DNA of 64,000 bases from Dehalococcoidia bacterium. Its GTDB lineage: Bacteria; Chloroflexota; Dehalococcoidia; Lucifugimonadales; JAAXIE01. Within the stretch, counting starts at the first letter, position 1. Each line of letters opens with the position of its first letter. This document shows, one piece after another, positions 20,701 to 30,609 of the stretch. The position numbers were made by a program, and so were the translations under genes. The notes beneath the pieces are model-generated. The model saw only the letters and a list, made by a program, of their open reading frames with translations, did no database searches and was not told where the DNA came from. The stretch is taken from the NCBI GenBank assembly GCA_965197805.1, contig OZ240229.1, positions 2,596,445 to 2,660,444 on the forward strand, in the 5' to 3' direction.

Positions 20701-21151
20701 AGTCGACACGCCCCTGATCAGCGCTGGATGGCGCGGGCTGATCGTGCTGATGTTTCTCGCGCTGGTGGTGGCCGGAGTCTCCGGGGTCGTCCTATTCTGC
20801 TACATAGACACGCAGGAGCGCCGCACAGAGTTGGCTGTGCTCCGTACGCTGGGCTTCTCCAAAGCGCAGCTGAACATTGCCGTGTGGTTCTCGTTATTGG
20901 TTGTGGTAGTCTTCGGTATGGGGCTGGGCACTTGGGTTGGCCAGCAGATTGGCAACAGCATCCTCCCCTTACTAGAGGTGGCGGAAGAGGGTGCCCGAGT
21001 GACCCCACCCATGGTATTGCAGACCGACTGGACCACCCTGATGTTATCCTATGCCATGCTGGTGGGAGCGGCCTTGGCGAGCTTCCTGTGGCTGTCCTGG
21101 CTTACTTCACGTCTCGACGTACAGCGGGTACTGCGCATGGGTGAGGCATGA
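17735..21151 (+). CDS. Large FtsX/MacB-like ABC permease (paralog)
   Basis: EISMLKSRGST and ERRTELAVLRTLGFS. Shares PP-PFLQRYY with the upstream permease. 1138 aa. Confidence 0.85.
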   Translation: MPFRGSSFTSFLNLGWNVAARRARASWGLELALFLGILLAISLVSSSLAFSNLLAEAALRNALDEAPYEDTNISARTFYGLDDPTGDPQIENDYTTALYVMQTEVAYRFLPYLADEARLLQSSTFYFSGHAHLGFDSPERPRGKVQHMTGMLPDKVEIVEGRWPYDEEVVGASPNLDLRELEVAVDVQGLEFLQLGVGQTMDIFPATGVDHLDTVQVRIVGVFRRIDPTDEFWYGAERAFSFHNGEWKTTPMFTTEEALTTVLGREYPDLYSQITWFFYLDRHGVRTGDLDDIERAIRGAEHGMRSGLSNGSATTRLETVIEDYDEQLLLARVPLFLMVFLVNGILMYYLALASGLLLKTRAGEISMLKSRGSTTPQLGLLAAFEGLLLAVPAMVVGPFLALLLARLLGALFFDFGPVNDLIPLFPSGFSFLAGAIGGLIAVSVLTVATLLGSRQSIVDYHQTGARPPTTPFLQRYYLDVALLAIIGLLWWQIQARGAFLIRPVGGGLELDYSLLLGPILGLVALGLLVMRLFPLVMRALAAATAPVSPPWLTQGLRRVSRDPVVPGALVVLVALATALGVIGSSFSSTLERSQVERALYEVGADVRVRHSGDSVPLEEHHLSVAMPEGAVVGGADVHRAAGHLLSQGLNSTRLSVLAVDAPDFSDTAWYRPDFASGEPLDLILGGIHSDSLAGSERAGLLLPADMNGLAVWVRTDRRISFGSLRARLKDSRGYHFDMELGALNRTGWQRLDGEMTPIPPTRRFRRAVYTPPPVYPPFTLLAVHISSIRGFGEPGLIFIDRIEADGPRGATMVADGRTLASWQTLEDHARPGLYQLDFIDSVSQQGDGGSAVFSWSAGGAGLKGIRAGPPERPLRALVSPSFLKEVGGNQGEVFKVGLSQFSIELEAVAVADFFPTLEDPRRQPFAVVDRQAFVQYSNAHSPRPIGGSNELWVQLANEDGEVDFVDATLQEKGLLARSTLLASERISERVDTPLISAGWRGLIVLMFLALVVAGVSGVVLFCYIDTQERRTELAVLRTLGFSKAQLNIAVWFSLLVVVVFGMGLGTWVGQQIGNSILPLLEVAEEGARVTPPMVLQTDWTTLMLSYAMLVGAALASFLWLSWLTSRLDVQRVLRMGEA

Positions 21152-21206
21152 TTTTCATGTACCATTCCATGAAGGGAGCTTCTTGACAACAGGGCCGGCG
21201 ACGAAC

Positions 21207-22139
21207 ATGGGCAGCGATGCAGAGGCCCGGAAGCCCTACATACGCTGCCGCGACCTCTTCAAGATATACAAGCGGGCTGAACTGGAGGTAGTAGCCTTGC
21301 GGGGCGTCGACCTCACGGTGCGCACCGGCGAGGTAGCGGCCATCGTCGGTGCGAGCGGCAGCGGCAAAAGCACGCTCCTCAACGTGTTGTCCGGGTTAGA
21401 CCGGCCCTCAGCAGGCCAAGTGATGGTAGGCGACCGTGACCTGCTGAACATACCAGACAGCGATTTGGTACGTTATCGGCGCTTGGAGGTCGGTTTCGTA
21501 TGGCAGGCGACGGCCCGCAACCTAGTGCCCTACCTTACGGCGCAAGACAACATCGAGTTGCCTATGGCGTTATCGGGTGCCGACATCGGGGCGCGACACC
21601 GCCGCAGCCTGGAACTGCTGGCCGCTTTGGATATGACCGATAAGGGAGACAGATATCCGCAGCAGCTATCCGGTGGCGAGCAGCAGAGGGTGGCCATCGG
21701 TGTTGGGCTAGCCAACTCCCCACCCCTGCTGCTGGCCGACGAGCCCACGGGTGAACTGGACACCGACAACGCCAACCGCATATTCGATTTGATGCGACGC
21801 ATCAACCAGCTATTTGGCACCACTGTCGTTATGGTAACCCACTACCCTGGAGTAGCTGAGCACGTCGACAGGGTCATCCACATCAGGGACGGCCGCATAA
21901 GCTCCGAGAGCTTCCTCGAGCCGACATTCCAGAAGGACGGAGAGAACGTACTGCGGGAGTATCTGGTGGTGGACGACGCGGGTCGCCTGCAACTCCCTCA
22001 AGACTACATGACCCAACTGCAACTGCGCGGCTTGGCCAAGGCGGAAATCGAAGAACGCACCGTCACACTGGAGCCACCCTCCACAGCAGCTGGGGCCGCT
22101 GGCGAGACGGAACAGCCTTCTGCGACGGAGGATGAGTGA
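21207..22139 (+). CDS. ABC ATP-binding protein with C-terminal extension
   Basis: [27 protein letters not shown]. Tail VDDAGRLQLP. Start placed at ATG 21207. Confidence 0.92.
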   Translation: MGSDAEARKPYIRCRDLFKIYKRAELEVVALRGVDLTVRTGEVAAIVGASGSGKSTLLNVLSGLDRPSAGQVMVGDRDLLNIPDSDLVRYRRLEVGFVWQATARNLVPYLTAQDNIELPMALSGADIGARHRRSLELLAALDMTDKGDRYPQQLSGGEQQRVAIGVGLANSPPLLLADEPTGELDTDNANRIFDLMRRINQLFGTTVVMVTHYPGVAEHVDRVIHIRDGRISSESFLEPTFQKDGENVLREYLVVDDAGRLQLPQDYMTQLQLRGLAKAEIEERTVTLEPPSTAAGAAGETEQPSATEDE

Positions 22140-22846
22140 TCTCCCAGATTGGAGGCACCGGGCCTCCTCTCATCGCGGCTCAAGGCGTTACAAGGGCTTT
22201 TGGCTCCGGCGACCAGAGGGTGGTGGCCCTGCAGGAGGTAAGCCTCGACATCTTCACTGGGGAGTTCCTCGCCGTAACCGGCCGCTCCGGTTCGGGCAAG
22301 ACCACGCTGTTGAATCTGCTGGCCGGGTTGGACCAACCCACCGCGGGACAGGTCCTGTTTGACGGACAAGACCTGTCGGCCATCTCCGAGAACGACTTGG
22401 TGGAGCTGCGCCGCCACAAGATCGGCTTCGTATTCCAGTCCTTCGGCCTCATGCCCCTGCTATCAGCCTTCGAGAACGTGGAACTGCCTCTCCACATCGG
22501 TGGCGTTTCCTGGCGAGAGCGCAGGCGTCGTGCGCTGGAGGCTTTGGAATTGGTGGGGCTGGAGCCCCGCAGCAGACATCGTCCCTACGAGCTATCCGGC
22601 GGCGAGCAGCAGCGTGTGGCAATCGCACGAGCGCTGGTGTCGAACCCGCAAGTAGTTTTCGCTGACGAGCCCACAGGCGAGCTGGATAGCAACACAGGTT
22701 CCGCCATCTCTGAGATACTGCGCGAAATCACGTCCCAACGGGGCGTCACCGTCATCGCCGCGTCCCACGACCTCCACATAGCCCAAATCAGCAGCCGCGT
22801 GATAGAGCTTGCCGACGGGGAACTGGCCTCGACAGAGCAACCCTAA
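22136..22846 (+). CDS. ABC ATP-binding protein (LolD/MacB-like)
   Basis: [23 protein letters not shown]. Confidence 0.93.
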   Translation: MISQIGGTGPPLIAAQGVTRAFGSGDQRVVALQEVSLDIFTGEFLAVTGRSGSGKTTLLNLLAGLDQPTAGQVLFDGQDLSAISENDLVELRRHKIGFVFQSFGLMPLLSAFENVELPLHIGGVSWRERRRRALEALELVGLEPRSRHRPYELSGGEQQRVAIARALVSNPQVVFADEPTGELDSNTGSAISEILREITSQRGVTVIAASHDLHIAQISSRVIELADGELASTEQP

Positions 22847-22903
22847 CTCCTCCACCATCGGGAGACCCCGATTTCCCGGGTGGGAGTCTTTGTTATGATT
22901 TTC

Positions 22904-22912
22904 TGGTATAAT
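22904..22912 (+). promoter_or_regulatory. Extended -10 promoter of the helicase
   Basis: Perfect TGnTATAAT about 130 bp upstream of the ATG. Confidence 0.6.
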
Positions 22913-23042
22913 CCAAGAACACGCTTGAATACCGCACCAAGGCTTCACACACGGCAACGGACTATCATCTGTCCCGTCATTCGTCTTCGTGCCCTGCGTT
23001 AAATCACGTACGATCCCGTCGGGATAAGGAGTTCGTTTCCCA

Positions 23043-24449
23043 ATGACTTTAGAATCAGTGTCAACACGCCCACGTTCGCCCGGCCTCGCGCGCCGACACC
23101 AAGTCATCTGCGCCAATTGCGGCACTCCTACAACAGTGCCCTTCAGGCCAAGCCAAGACCGCCCGACGTACTGCTCGCCGTGCTTCAAAGTGCGACGCAA
23201 CGGCTTGTCCTCCGCAACAAGCGTACCCGCTAGGGAGTCAATCACCACGAGTCGATCTTCTTCTGAGGGCTCCGAGGGCAGCGATGGCGCTTCCACTGCT
23301 GTTCCAGCGTTTGCGAAAATGGCTTTGAAGGCCACCAGTAGGGCAGCGCTCTCCCGTATGGATATATCAGAGCCCACGCCTATCCAAGAAAAGTCCATCC
23401 CTCTTCTCCTAGCGGGCCAGGACCTGATAGGACAGGCACGTACGGGATCCGGGAAGACCTTGGCATTCGCCGTTCCCTTGGCAGAACGGTGCGACCCATC
23501 GGTGCGGCGGGTGCAGGCATTGGTGCTAGTACCCACTCGCGAGCTAGCCATACAGGTGGCCGGGGTGATGGAGGCCATGGCATCACCGCAGCGGCTACGC
23601 TGCACTTTGCTTTACGGTGGACGATCATTGCAGCCGGAATACACCGCATTGAAGACTGGCGCTCAAATCATCATCGGCACCCCTGGCCGTACGCTGGACC
23701 ATCTTCGGCAGGGCACTCTGGACCTGCAATCAGTAAGGTTCTTGGTGTTGGACGAGGCAGACGAAATGCTGGACAGGGGGTTTGCCCACGACGTAGAGGC
23801 TATCCTCAGTCGAATCCCTTCGAGCCGGCAGACGGTACTGCTGTCCGCGACAATGCCCGACTGGGTGGCGACGACAGCTTCAAAGCACCTGCGCAACCCA
23901 GTAACGGTGGAGGTGGACGCAGACCTGCAGGCGCTGCCCACGGTGAAGCATCTGGTCTATACCATCCTGAAGGAAGACAAGATAGGGGCCCTCCGAACCC
24001 TGTTGGACCAGCGGGACGGCGATGCGGTTATCGTCTTCGGCAAAACCAAGCGCGGGGTGAAAAAGCTGGCAGCACAGCTGGCAGAGATGGGATATCCTGC
24101 AGGGGCGCTACAGGGCAATCTCAGTCAAAACGCACGAGAGCGCGTGATGGTGGACTTTCGCTCCGGCACCGCGCCTATCCTAGTGGCGACCAACGTAGCC
24201 GCCCGCGGGTTGGATATTGATGGTATTGGCCAAGTCATCAATTATGACTTGCCGGACTCTGAGCTACTTTTCACCCACAGGGTCGGACGGACAGGCCGCA
24301 TGGGGCGCTCGGGTGAGGCCGTGACGTTCATCACGCCGGATGAAGAGCCGAAGTGGCGTGAGATTAATCGGGGCATGGGCGGCCTGTTGACTCGCAAGCC
24401 GTGGAATGCTGCCCGCAAAGTGAGACAACATCAGGCTAGCGCTACGTAG
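23043..24449 (+). CDS. DEAD-box RNA helicase with N-terminal CxxC-x17-CxxC zinc ribbon
   Basis: GSGKT, PTRELA, TPGR, DEAD, SAT, HRVGRTGR. N-terminal CANC...CSPC. Confidence 0.93.
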   Translation: MTLESVSTRPRSPGLARRHQVICANCGTPTTVPFRPSQDRPTYCSPCFKVRRNGLSSATSVPARESITTSRSSSEGSEGSDGASTAVPAFAKMALKATSRAALSRMDISEPTPIQEKSIPLLLAGQDLIGQARTGSGKTLAFAVPLAERCDPSVRRVQALVLVPTRELAIQVAGVMEAMASPQRLRCTLLYGGRSLQPEYTALKTGAQIIIGTPGRTLDHLRQGTLDLQSVRFLVLDEADEMLDRGFAHDVEAILSRIPSSRQTVLLSATMPDWVATTASKHLRNPVTVEVDADLQALPTVKHLVYTILKEDKIGALRTLLDQRDGDAVIVFGKTKRGVKKLAAQLAEMGYPAGALQGNLSQNARERVMVDFRSGTAPILVATNVAARGLDIDGIGQVINYDLPDSELLFTHRVGRTGRMGRSGEAVTFITPDEEPKWREINRGMGGLLTRKPWNAARKVRQHQASAT

Positions 24450-24534
24450 CAACTGTCTCTCGCCGTGTAACGCGCTAGCATTTTGTGCTAAGTGGCGTCG
24501 TCGTGTCTCTGACCTGAAATGGCCCATGGAGTGA

Positions 24535-26379
24535 ATGGATTTGAGCGACTACCAGAACAAGGCGATACGTAATCTGGCCATCATAGCCCATGTCGACCAT
24601 GGCAAGACCACTCTGGTCGACGCGCTACTGATGCAAGGTCAAGTCTTCCGAGCCCACCAACAGGTGGGGGCGTTGATCATGGACACCAATCCTCTGGAGC
24701 GAGAGCGTGGCATCACGATTCTGGCCAAGAACGCCTCGGTCTCCTACGGGGGAGTCAGGATCAACATCATCGACACGCCGGGCCACGCCGACTTCAGCGG
24801 CGAGGTGGAACGCGTCATGAACATGGCCGATGGCTGTCTACTTTTGGTGGATGCCGTGGATGGGCCCATGCCCCAAACCACCTATGTGCTGCGCCAAGCA
24901 CTGCAACAGAATGTGACGCCCATGGTAGTCATCAACAAGATCGACCGCCCCGAGGCCCGTGTGGAAGAGGTGGTCGATCTGGTGCAAGACCTTTTCCTGG
25001 AATTGGCTACGGATGCGAAGCAGCTGGATTTTCCGGTGCTGTATGCCTCGGCACGACAGGGTTACGCTACTACCAGCCTGGACACGCCTTGGTCGGATAT
25101 GCAACCTCTCTTCCAAGCGATCCTGGATTCTGTGCCGCCCCCCGCGGGGGACCCCTCCGCCCCGCTGCAGATGCTGGTTGCTGCCTTGGACTACGATAAC
25201 TACCTGGGGCAGGTGGCCGTGGGCAGGATCACCAATGGGACGCTCAGGCAACGTGATGATGTGATGCTACTGCACCCAGACTCCGAGCCGACTGCTCACA
25301 AGCTGGAGCACGTTTTCGTTTTCCGTGGTATGGAGCGGGTGGAGGTTTCCGAAGCCTATGCCGGCGATATTGTGGCCGTGACCGGTCCTGAGGGGGTGTC
25401 CATAGGCGACACCATCGCCTCTCTTGAACACCCGGAGGCTCTGCCTTCTATCGATATCAACGAGCCGACGGTACGCATGACCTTCGGTGTCAACACTTCG
25501 CCTTTGATGGGCCGGGAGGGCGTCCACTGCACCTCGCGGACTCTGCACGAACGGCTGACGAGAGAGTTGCGGACCAACGTCAGCCTGAGAGTGGAGCCCA
25601 CCGCCAGCGCCGATGTGTTCGTGGTTGCCGGCCGGGGAGAGCTGCACCTTTCCATCTTGGTGGAGACCATGCGTCGCGAACAGTTCGAATTTCAGGTGTC
25701 CCGCCCCGCGCCCGTCAACAAGATGATCGACGGCCAGTTGTGCGAGCCCTACGAGATTCTGAATGTGACCACCCATGAGGAATATGTTGGCGTACTCACC
25801 GAGTACCTGTCGGCTCACATGGCCCGACTCCGGGATATGCGGTACGACGAGAACGGCTACGTTCACATGGAATACAAGATACCCACCCGTGGGCTGATCG
25901 GATTCAACGCCTTCTTTCTTCGCACCACCAGGGGCGATGGGGTCAAAACCAGTGCCTTCACCTCCTACGAGCCAATGGGGAGGGGAATAAAGGCGGAGCG
26001 AAGTGGCGTCCTAGTGGCTTCGGAGGGCGGTGTATCAGTTACCTATGGGCTGCTGAACGCTCAGGGCAGGGGCAACACATTTATCGACCCAGGCACCATA
26101 GTCTACGAAGGCATGATCATCGGCTCCCAACCCCGCGAAGGGGACATAGAAATCAACGTCTGCAAGGAGAAGAAGCTCACCAATATGCGCTCTTCGACGG
26201 CAGACATCGCCAAACGGCTGAACGCCACGGTGAGGTTGAGCCTGGAGGACGCGCTGGCGTTCATCTCCGACGACGAGCTGGTTGAGATCACTCCCCAGAG
26301 CTTACGCCTTCGCAAGATGGAACTTTCGGCGCTAGACCGAAAGCGCCACCGCCGGGACGGGACCCGCGCCCGAGATTAG
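24535..26379 (+). CDS. typA: Translational GTPase TypA/BipA
   Basis: [47 protein letters not shown]. Confidence 0.97.
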   Translation: MDLSDYQNKAIRNLAIIAHVDHGKTTLVDALLMQGQVFRAHQQVGALIMDTNPLERERGITILAKNASVSYGGVRINIIDTPGHADFSGEVERVMNMADGCLLLVDAVDGPMPQTTYVLRQALQQNVTPMVVINKIDRPEARVEEVVDLVQDLFLELATDAKQLDFPVLYASARQGYATTSLDTPWSDMQPLFQAILDSVPPPAGDPSAPLQMLVAALDYDNYLGQVAVGRITNGTLRQRDDVMLLHPDSEPTAHKLEHVFVFRGMERVEVSEAYAGDIVAVTGPEGVSIGDTIASLEHPEALPSIDINEPTVRMTFGVNTSPLMGREGVHCTSRTLHERLTRELRTNVSLRVEPTASADVFVVAGRGELHLSILVETMRREQFEFQVSRPAPVNKMIDGQLCEPYEILNVTTHEEYVGVLTEYLSAHMARLRDMRYDENGYVHMEYKIPTRGLIGFNAFFLRTTRGDGVKTSAFTSYEPMGRGIKAERSGVLVASEGGVSVTYGLLNAQGRGNTFIDPGTIVYEGMIIGSQPREGDIEINVCKEKKLTNMRSSTADIAKRLNATVRLSLEDALAFISDDELVEITPQSLRLRKMELSALDRKRHRRDGTRARD

Positions 26380-26543
26380 GGGTATCCCAAGATGGACGCC
26401 CCATCGAGGATTCCTCCGTTGAACGCGTCGGCCCTTCACCAAGTGGTTCTATTTCCATGGCAATTCCCCCGTGGCCCCGTGAGGGCGATTTGTCAGGATG
26501 GAAGTCGATTGTCTACCCACCTCCATTCTAACCATCCCCCTTA

Positions 26544-27063
26544 AGAGCCTGTCTCAGAAATCCCCTCTCCCCGACCTTGGGAGATTAGTTTAGCTCCATG
26601 ACATCCGCCCGTTGACACCCCACCACCCTCCCTATAGCCTCAATACAGGCGACCCCCAAGCCGGACCTACCCATCCGTTTGCCCCGAGCAAACCGCATCC
26701 CAAGCCAAAATCAGTGAGAACGACAGGTTTCACCCAAAATGCCACATTGCGCCAGCTACGAAACAAAGCTGAGGATGCCACACATGTCCCACGCTCCTGA
26801 TATGAAGTGCCTCGAAACAGTCGACCCATCTAGCATCCCAGATACAAAACGCCCCGAAAATGCCCATCGGCAGCTACGCGGATGCGTGACCAACCGTCCC
26901 CCACCACCTGGTACCGCTCTCTTAGCTACCAAACAAAGCTGGGGATGAAACACGAAATGCCCGTTGCCGCGGAATCCAGGAGTTCCAAACGGGTGGGAAT
27001 CTGAATCCCCCTCACCCTAACCCTCTCCCGCCGGGGGAGAGGGGATCTTCTGAGACGGCCTCT
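26544..27063. mobile_element. Putative MITE (non-autonomous, about 520 bp)
   Basis: TIRs AGAGCCTGTCTCAGAA and TTCTGAGACGGCCTCT (14/16 match), extendable inward with atcccctctcccc. TA on both flanks. No credible ORF. Confidence 0.6.
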
Positions 27064-27228
27064 TACAGGCAAGGCATTCTCCGTGCGACCGGCTCGCACT
27101 CTCCGGGCAGGCCATTTCTGCCTTGTTCACTTGTCGTGGGGTGATGGGAGAGTCTGGAGGCATCGCTATGCCCTATAATTCATGTGCTCTTGGGGACCGA
27201 TCAATGGAACTTGGGGGAGTAGGACTCG

Positions 27229-28419
27229 ATGTTGGAATTGAGGCGGGTAGCCCCTGACGAGTTCGAACAGTGGGTACGGGTCGAGGCCCGTGCTTATAGT
27301 AACCGGCTGGCTGTCGATCCAGAGGTACTGCGGACCAATTTTGACTTGGATCGTTCCATCGCCGTCTTCGAAGACGGCGATATAGTCGGAGGTGCGCACT
27401 CCCACCGGCTGGAGATGTCCATTCCGGGCGGCACTGCGATTCTTGGGGGGGTGGCAAACGTGGCCGTGCAGCCCACCCACCGTCGCCGTGGGATTATGAC
27501 TCAAATGATGCTGCACCAGCTCAATGACATCCACCAGAGAGGTGAGGCCTTCGCCGGCCTTTTCTGCTCCGAGAGCGTCATTTATGGCAGGTACGGATAT
27601 GGCATCGCCACGCTTCACGAAACCTGGAGCCTCGAACGACAACACAATGCCTACGCTCGTCCCTACGAGACCTCGGGGCGCATCGTCTTCGTAGACCCGG
27701 CCGACATCGGGAAAGAGCTGCCGGACATATCTCGCAGGGGCACCGAGGGCCGACCGGGAGTGTTCCAAAAGTCGCCATACCGATGGGAGCGGGACTCGCA
27801 AGCACGGGAGCACCGTGAAGGCGGGCCCGGAGGACTTTTCTACGCTGCCTATCTAGAAGACGGCAAGATGACCGGGTACGTGAACTACCGCACGTCCAGC
27901 GGCACCCTGACGATCAACGAACTGATGACCACTACCCGGGAGGCCAACGCCGCATTGTGGCGGTTCTGCTTCGACACAGACCTCATCCGCACCACCGAAG
28001 CCATCAAGCGTCCCGTGGATGACCCCCTGCCTTGGATGCTGGCAGACCCCCGGCGCCTGCAACGGTCAACTCGCGACGGGCTGTGGCTGCGATTGATTGA
28101 CGTGAGGGTCGCCCTCGAACAGCGGACTTACATGGAACCGGGACGCCTCGTCTTCGAGGTGCGGGACGATGTGTGCCCTTGGAACCAGCAACGGTTCGAG
28201 TTGGAGACATCCACCGAAAGCGCAGAATGCCGCCCCACTGAGTCGCCTGCGGATCTGACGCTGACGGTCGCGGCTCTGGCCTCAGCGTATCTAGGGGGCG
28301 TGACCTTCACCACGCTATCTGCTGCGGGTGTGGTGGATGAGCACACAACAGGCTCATTGCTTCGGGCTGACCGCATCTTCGCAGTCCATCACCAGCCTTG
28401 GACACCGCATAACTTCTAG
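27229..28419 (+). CDS. Eis-like GNAT acetyltransferase with SCP2-like C-terminus
   Basis: VAVQPTHRRRGI, SESVIYGRYGYG, LWLRLIDV, LASAYLGG. Confidence 0.9.
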   Translation: MLELRRVAPDEFEQWVRVEARAYSNRLAVDPEVLRTNFDLDRSIAVFEDGDIVGGAHSHRLEMSIPGGTAILGGVANVAVQPTHRRRGIMTQMMLHQLNDIHQRGEAFAGLFCSESVIYGRYGYGIATLHETWSLERQHNAYARPYETSGRIVFVDPADIGKELPDISRRGTEGRPGVFQKSPYRWERDSQAREHREGGPGGLFYAAYLEDGKMTGYVNYRTSSGTLTINELMTTTREANAALWRFCFDTDLIRTTEAIKRPVDDPLPWMLADPRRLQRSTRDGLWLRLIDVRVALEQRTYMEPGRLVFEVRDDVCPWNQQRFELETSTESAECRPTESPADLTLTVAALASAYLGGVTFTTLSAAGVVDEHTTGSLLRADRIFAVHHQPWTPHNF

Positions 28420-28488
28420 GGTAAAGCCTCGCTATGCTACACTCCCAGTCGACTGAGACTTGACGTACAAAACCGGACAGGAGGAGAG

Positions 28489-29550
28489 ATGACCACTCAC
28501 TCACCTGAAGAGATGGAGAAGTTCTACGAAGTAGTGGACCAGACCAACCTGATTCCGGGTTGGCGTCGGAGCATGTCCGTGGAGTGGAAACCACAGCCTT
28601 ACCTCTGGCGTTGGGTGGACTTGGAGCCACTGGCGATGAGGGCTGGCGAGTTAGTAACTCATAGCCGCGAGGTTGAGCGCCGGGTGCTGCGCCTAGCCAA
28701 TCCGGGCCTGCAGGGCAAGATGGGCACCACCCCCACCATGTCTGCTGCTGTGCAGCTCATCCTCCCCGGCGAGGTGGCCCCTGCCCACCGACATAGCCCC
28801 ACTGCCATCCGATGGATAATAAAGGGCGAGGGGGCCTACACCGCGGTGAACGGCGACCAGTGCTACATGGAGCGGGGCGACCTTATTCTCACCCCCGCTT
28901 GGACTTGGCATGACCATGGCCACGAGGGAGCCGAGCCCATGATCTGGATGGACGGCCTCGACTGGCCGGTAGTCCGCTCTCTTGATGCCATCTTCTACGA
29001 GGACTACCCAGAAGACCGCCACCCCGTAGTAGGAGTAGGCAATACCCGCCACCGCTACGCTGCGGGCGGACTCAAGCCAGCATGGGAGACCCACGATGAG
29101 AGTTGGTCACCTCTGTACCACTTCCGCTGGGCCGACACCCGTCAGGCTCTGATCGACTTGGCCCAAGTGGGCGCCAGCCCCTTCGACGACGTGGCCATGG
29201 AGTTCACCAACCCCGCGACTGGTGGCCCGGTGCTTCCCACGATGGCCTGTTTGGTGCAGATGATACGCCCCGGTGTGCATACCGAGGCCCACCGGCAGAC
29301 CAACAGCGCCGTGTATCATGTGCACGAGGGTCAGGGCTACTCAGTGATCGACGGTCAGCGGTTCGACTGGAAACAGGGCGACTTCTTTGTCGTGCCGTCA
29401 TGGCGATGGCACGAGCACGCCAGCGAGGGGGACGAGCCCGCCATCCTGTTTTCCATCCAAGACACGCCGATAATGCAGTCCAGCGGCCTCTACATGGAGG
29501 AGGCCTACAGCGAGAACGGCGGCCACCAGGAAATCACCAGCAGCTTTTAG
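28489..29550 (+). CDS. Bicupin dioxygenase (gentisate 1,2-dioxygenase family)
   Basis: ERRVLRLANPGL, APAHRHS, TPAWTWHDH, WMDGLD, AHRQT, VPSWRWHEH. Confidence 0.88.
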   Translation: MTTHSPEEMEKFYEVVDQTNLIPGWRRSMSVEWKPQPYLWRWVDLEPLAMRAGELVTHSREVERRVLRLANPGLQGKMGTTPTMSAAVQLILPGEVAPAHRHSPTAIRWIIKGEGAYTAVNGDQCYMERGDLILTPAWTWHDHGHEGAEPMIWMDGLDWPVVRSLDAIFYEDYPEDRHPVVGVGNTRHRYAAGGLKPAWETHDESWSPLYHFRWADTRQALIDLAQVGASPFDDVAMEFTNPATGGPVLPTMACLVQMIRPGVHTEAHRQTNSAVYHVHEGQGYSVIDGQRFDWKQGDFFVVPSWRWHEHASEGDEPAILFSIQDTPIMQSSGLYMEEAYSENGGHQEITSSF

Positions 29551-29556
29551 AGGCGG

Positions 29557-30609
29557 GTGGGCCCCGTGACAGGACTGACCAGCCTCGCACCCAGCCTCAC
29601 GCAGGCCGCGGTGTTTCTGGTAAAGCGCACGCCTTGGTGGCTGCGGTTCGTCGTCGGCCTATGCTTCAGTCTCGCATTAGGCTACTTGGCCTTGCGGGAG
29701 TTAGACTGGGGACAAGTACATCGCGCGTTCGCCGACCTGTCCATTAGTTACGCCCTGCTGGGGCTGGGAACGTACCTGACGAGCCTCTTCTTCCGCGCTC
29801 TGCGATGGCGTGTGTTGTTCGTGAGAGAGAAGGTCTCTCTACTGCAACTGGCCATCACCCAGAACGTTGGCACCGGCGTCAACAACATGCTGCCGGTGCG
29901 TGTGCTGAGCGAGCCGGTGCAGATGGCCATGCTCACTGGCCGCTACAAGGTGTCTGCGCCCACCGCCTTGGCGACGCTGGCCACGGAGCACATGCTGGAC
30001 ATCGTAGCCACGGCAGTGCTGATGGGCACGGGAGTTGCCCTGTTGCCCCAACTGCGGGGGCTTAGCATCCAACTGAGCGGCGCCCTCATCCTAGGTGTCG
30101 TGAGCTTGGGGGCCCTTTACTTCATCGTCCGGGGCGTCCCATCCCTGCCGATAGTAGGCAAGATACCGGCCTTTGAGCGTTGGACTCAGGCTATGGCCAC
30201 ACTACGACAGGAACGGGCCCGCCTGACCGCCTGCTTCCTATCAACGGTAGTGCACTGGGTATGCTTGGGGCTGAGTGGCTGGTTCATCGCCCTGGGTCTC
30301 GGTTTGGATGTGAATATCCTTGCGCTGACGGTGATGTTTGCCGCAGCCGCGCTGTTCGTCAACTCTGTCCCGTCGGCTCCGGGAGCGGCTGGCACCTTCG
30401 AGTTCGCCATCGTATACACCCTTGGGTTCTTCGACATAGCGAGGGTCGATGCCGTACCCTTCGCCTTCCTGATGCATGCCGGCATATTCCTGCCGCCCAT
30501 GCTGGTGGTGTTAATGGTCCTGTCAGGTGATGGCTTGGCGCAAGTGGCCCGTCGCAGGACGGCCACCTCCTTAAGCACGCGGGTTCCCACACGGAACACC
30601 CAAGGCTAG
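29557..30609 (+). CDS. Lysylphosphatidylglycerol synthase TM-domain / flippase-like protein
   Basis: RALRWR, NNMLPVR, PSAPGAAGTFE. Multiple TM helices. Confidence 0.8.
   Translation: MGPVTGLTSLAPSLTQAAVFLVKRTPWWLRFVVGLCFSLALGYLALRELDWGQVHRAFADLSISYALLGLGTYLTSLFFRALRWRVLFVREKVSLLQLAITQNVGTGVNNMLPVRVLSEPVQMAMLTGRYKVSAPTALATLATEHMLDIVATAVLMGTGVALLPQLRGLSIQLSGALILGVVSLGALYFIVRGVPSLPIVGKIPAFERWTQAMATLRQERARLTACFLSTVVHWVCLGLSGWFIALGLGLDVNILALTVMFAAAALFVNSVPSAPGAAGTFEFAIVYTLGFFDIARVDAVPFAFLMHAGIFLPPMLVVLMVLSGDGLAQVARRRTATSLSTRVPTRNTQG

Noticed and set aside
22592-23605. Long antisense ORFs (also 45623-46894, 5316-6137, 39209-40045, 40154-41020)
   Set aside because: They shadow well-supported genes on another frame or strand, which is typical of high-GC DNA, and have no motifs.
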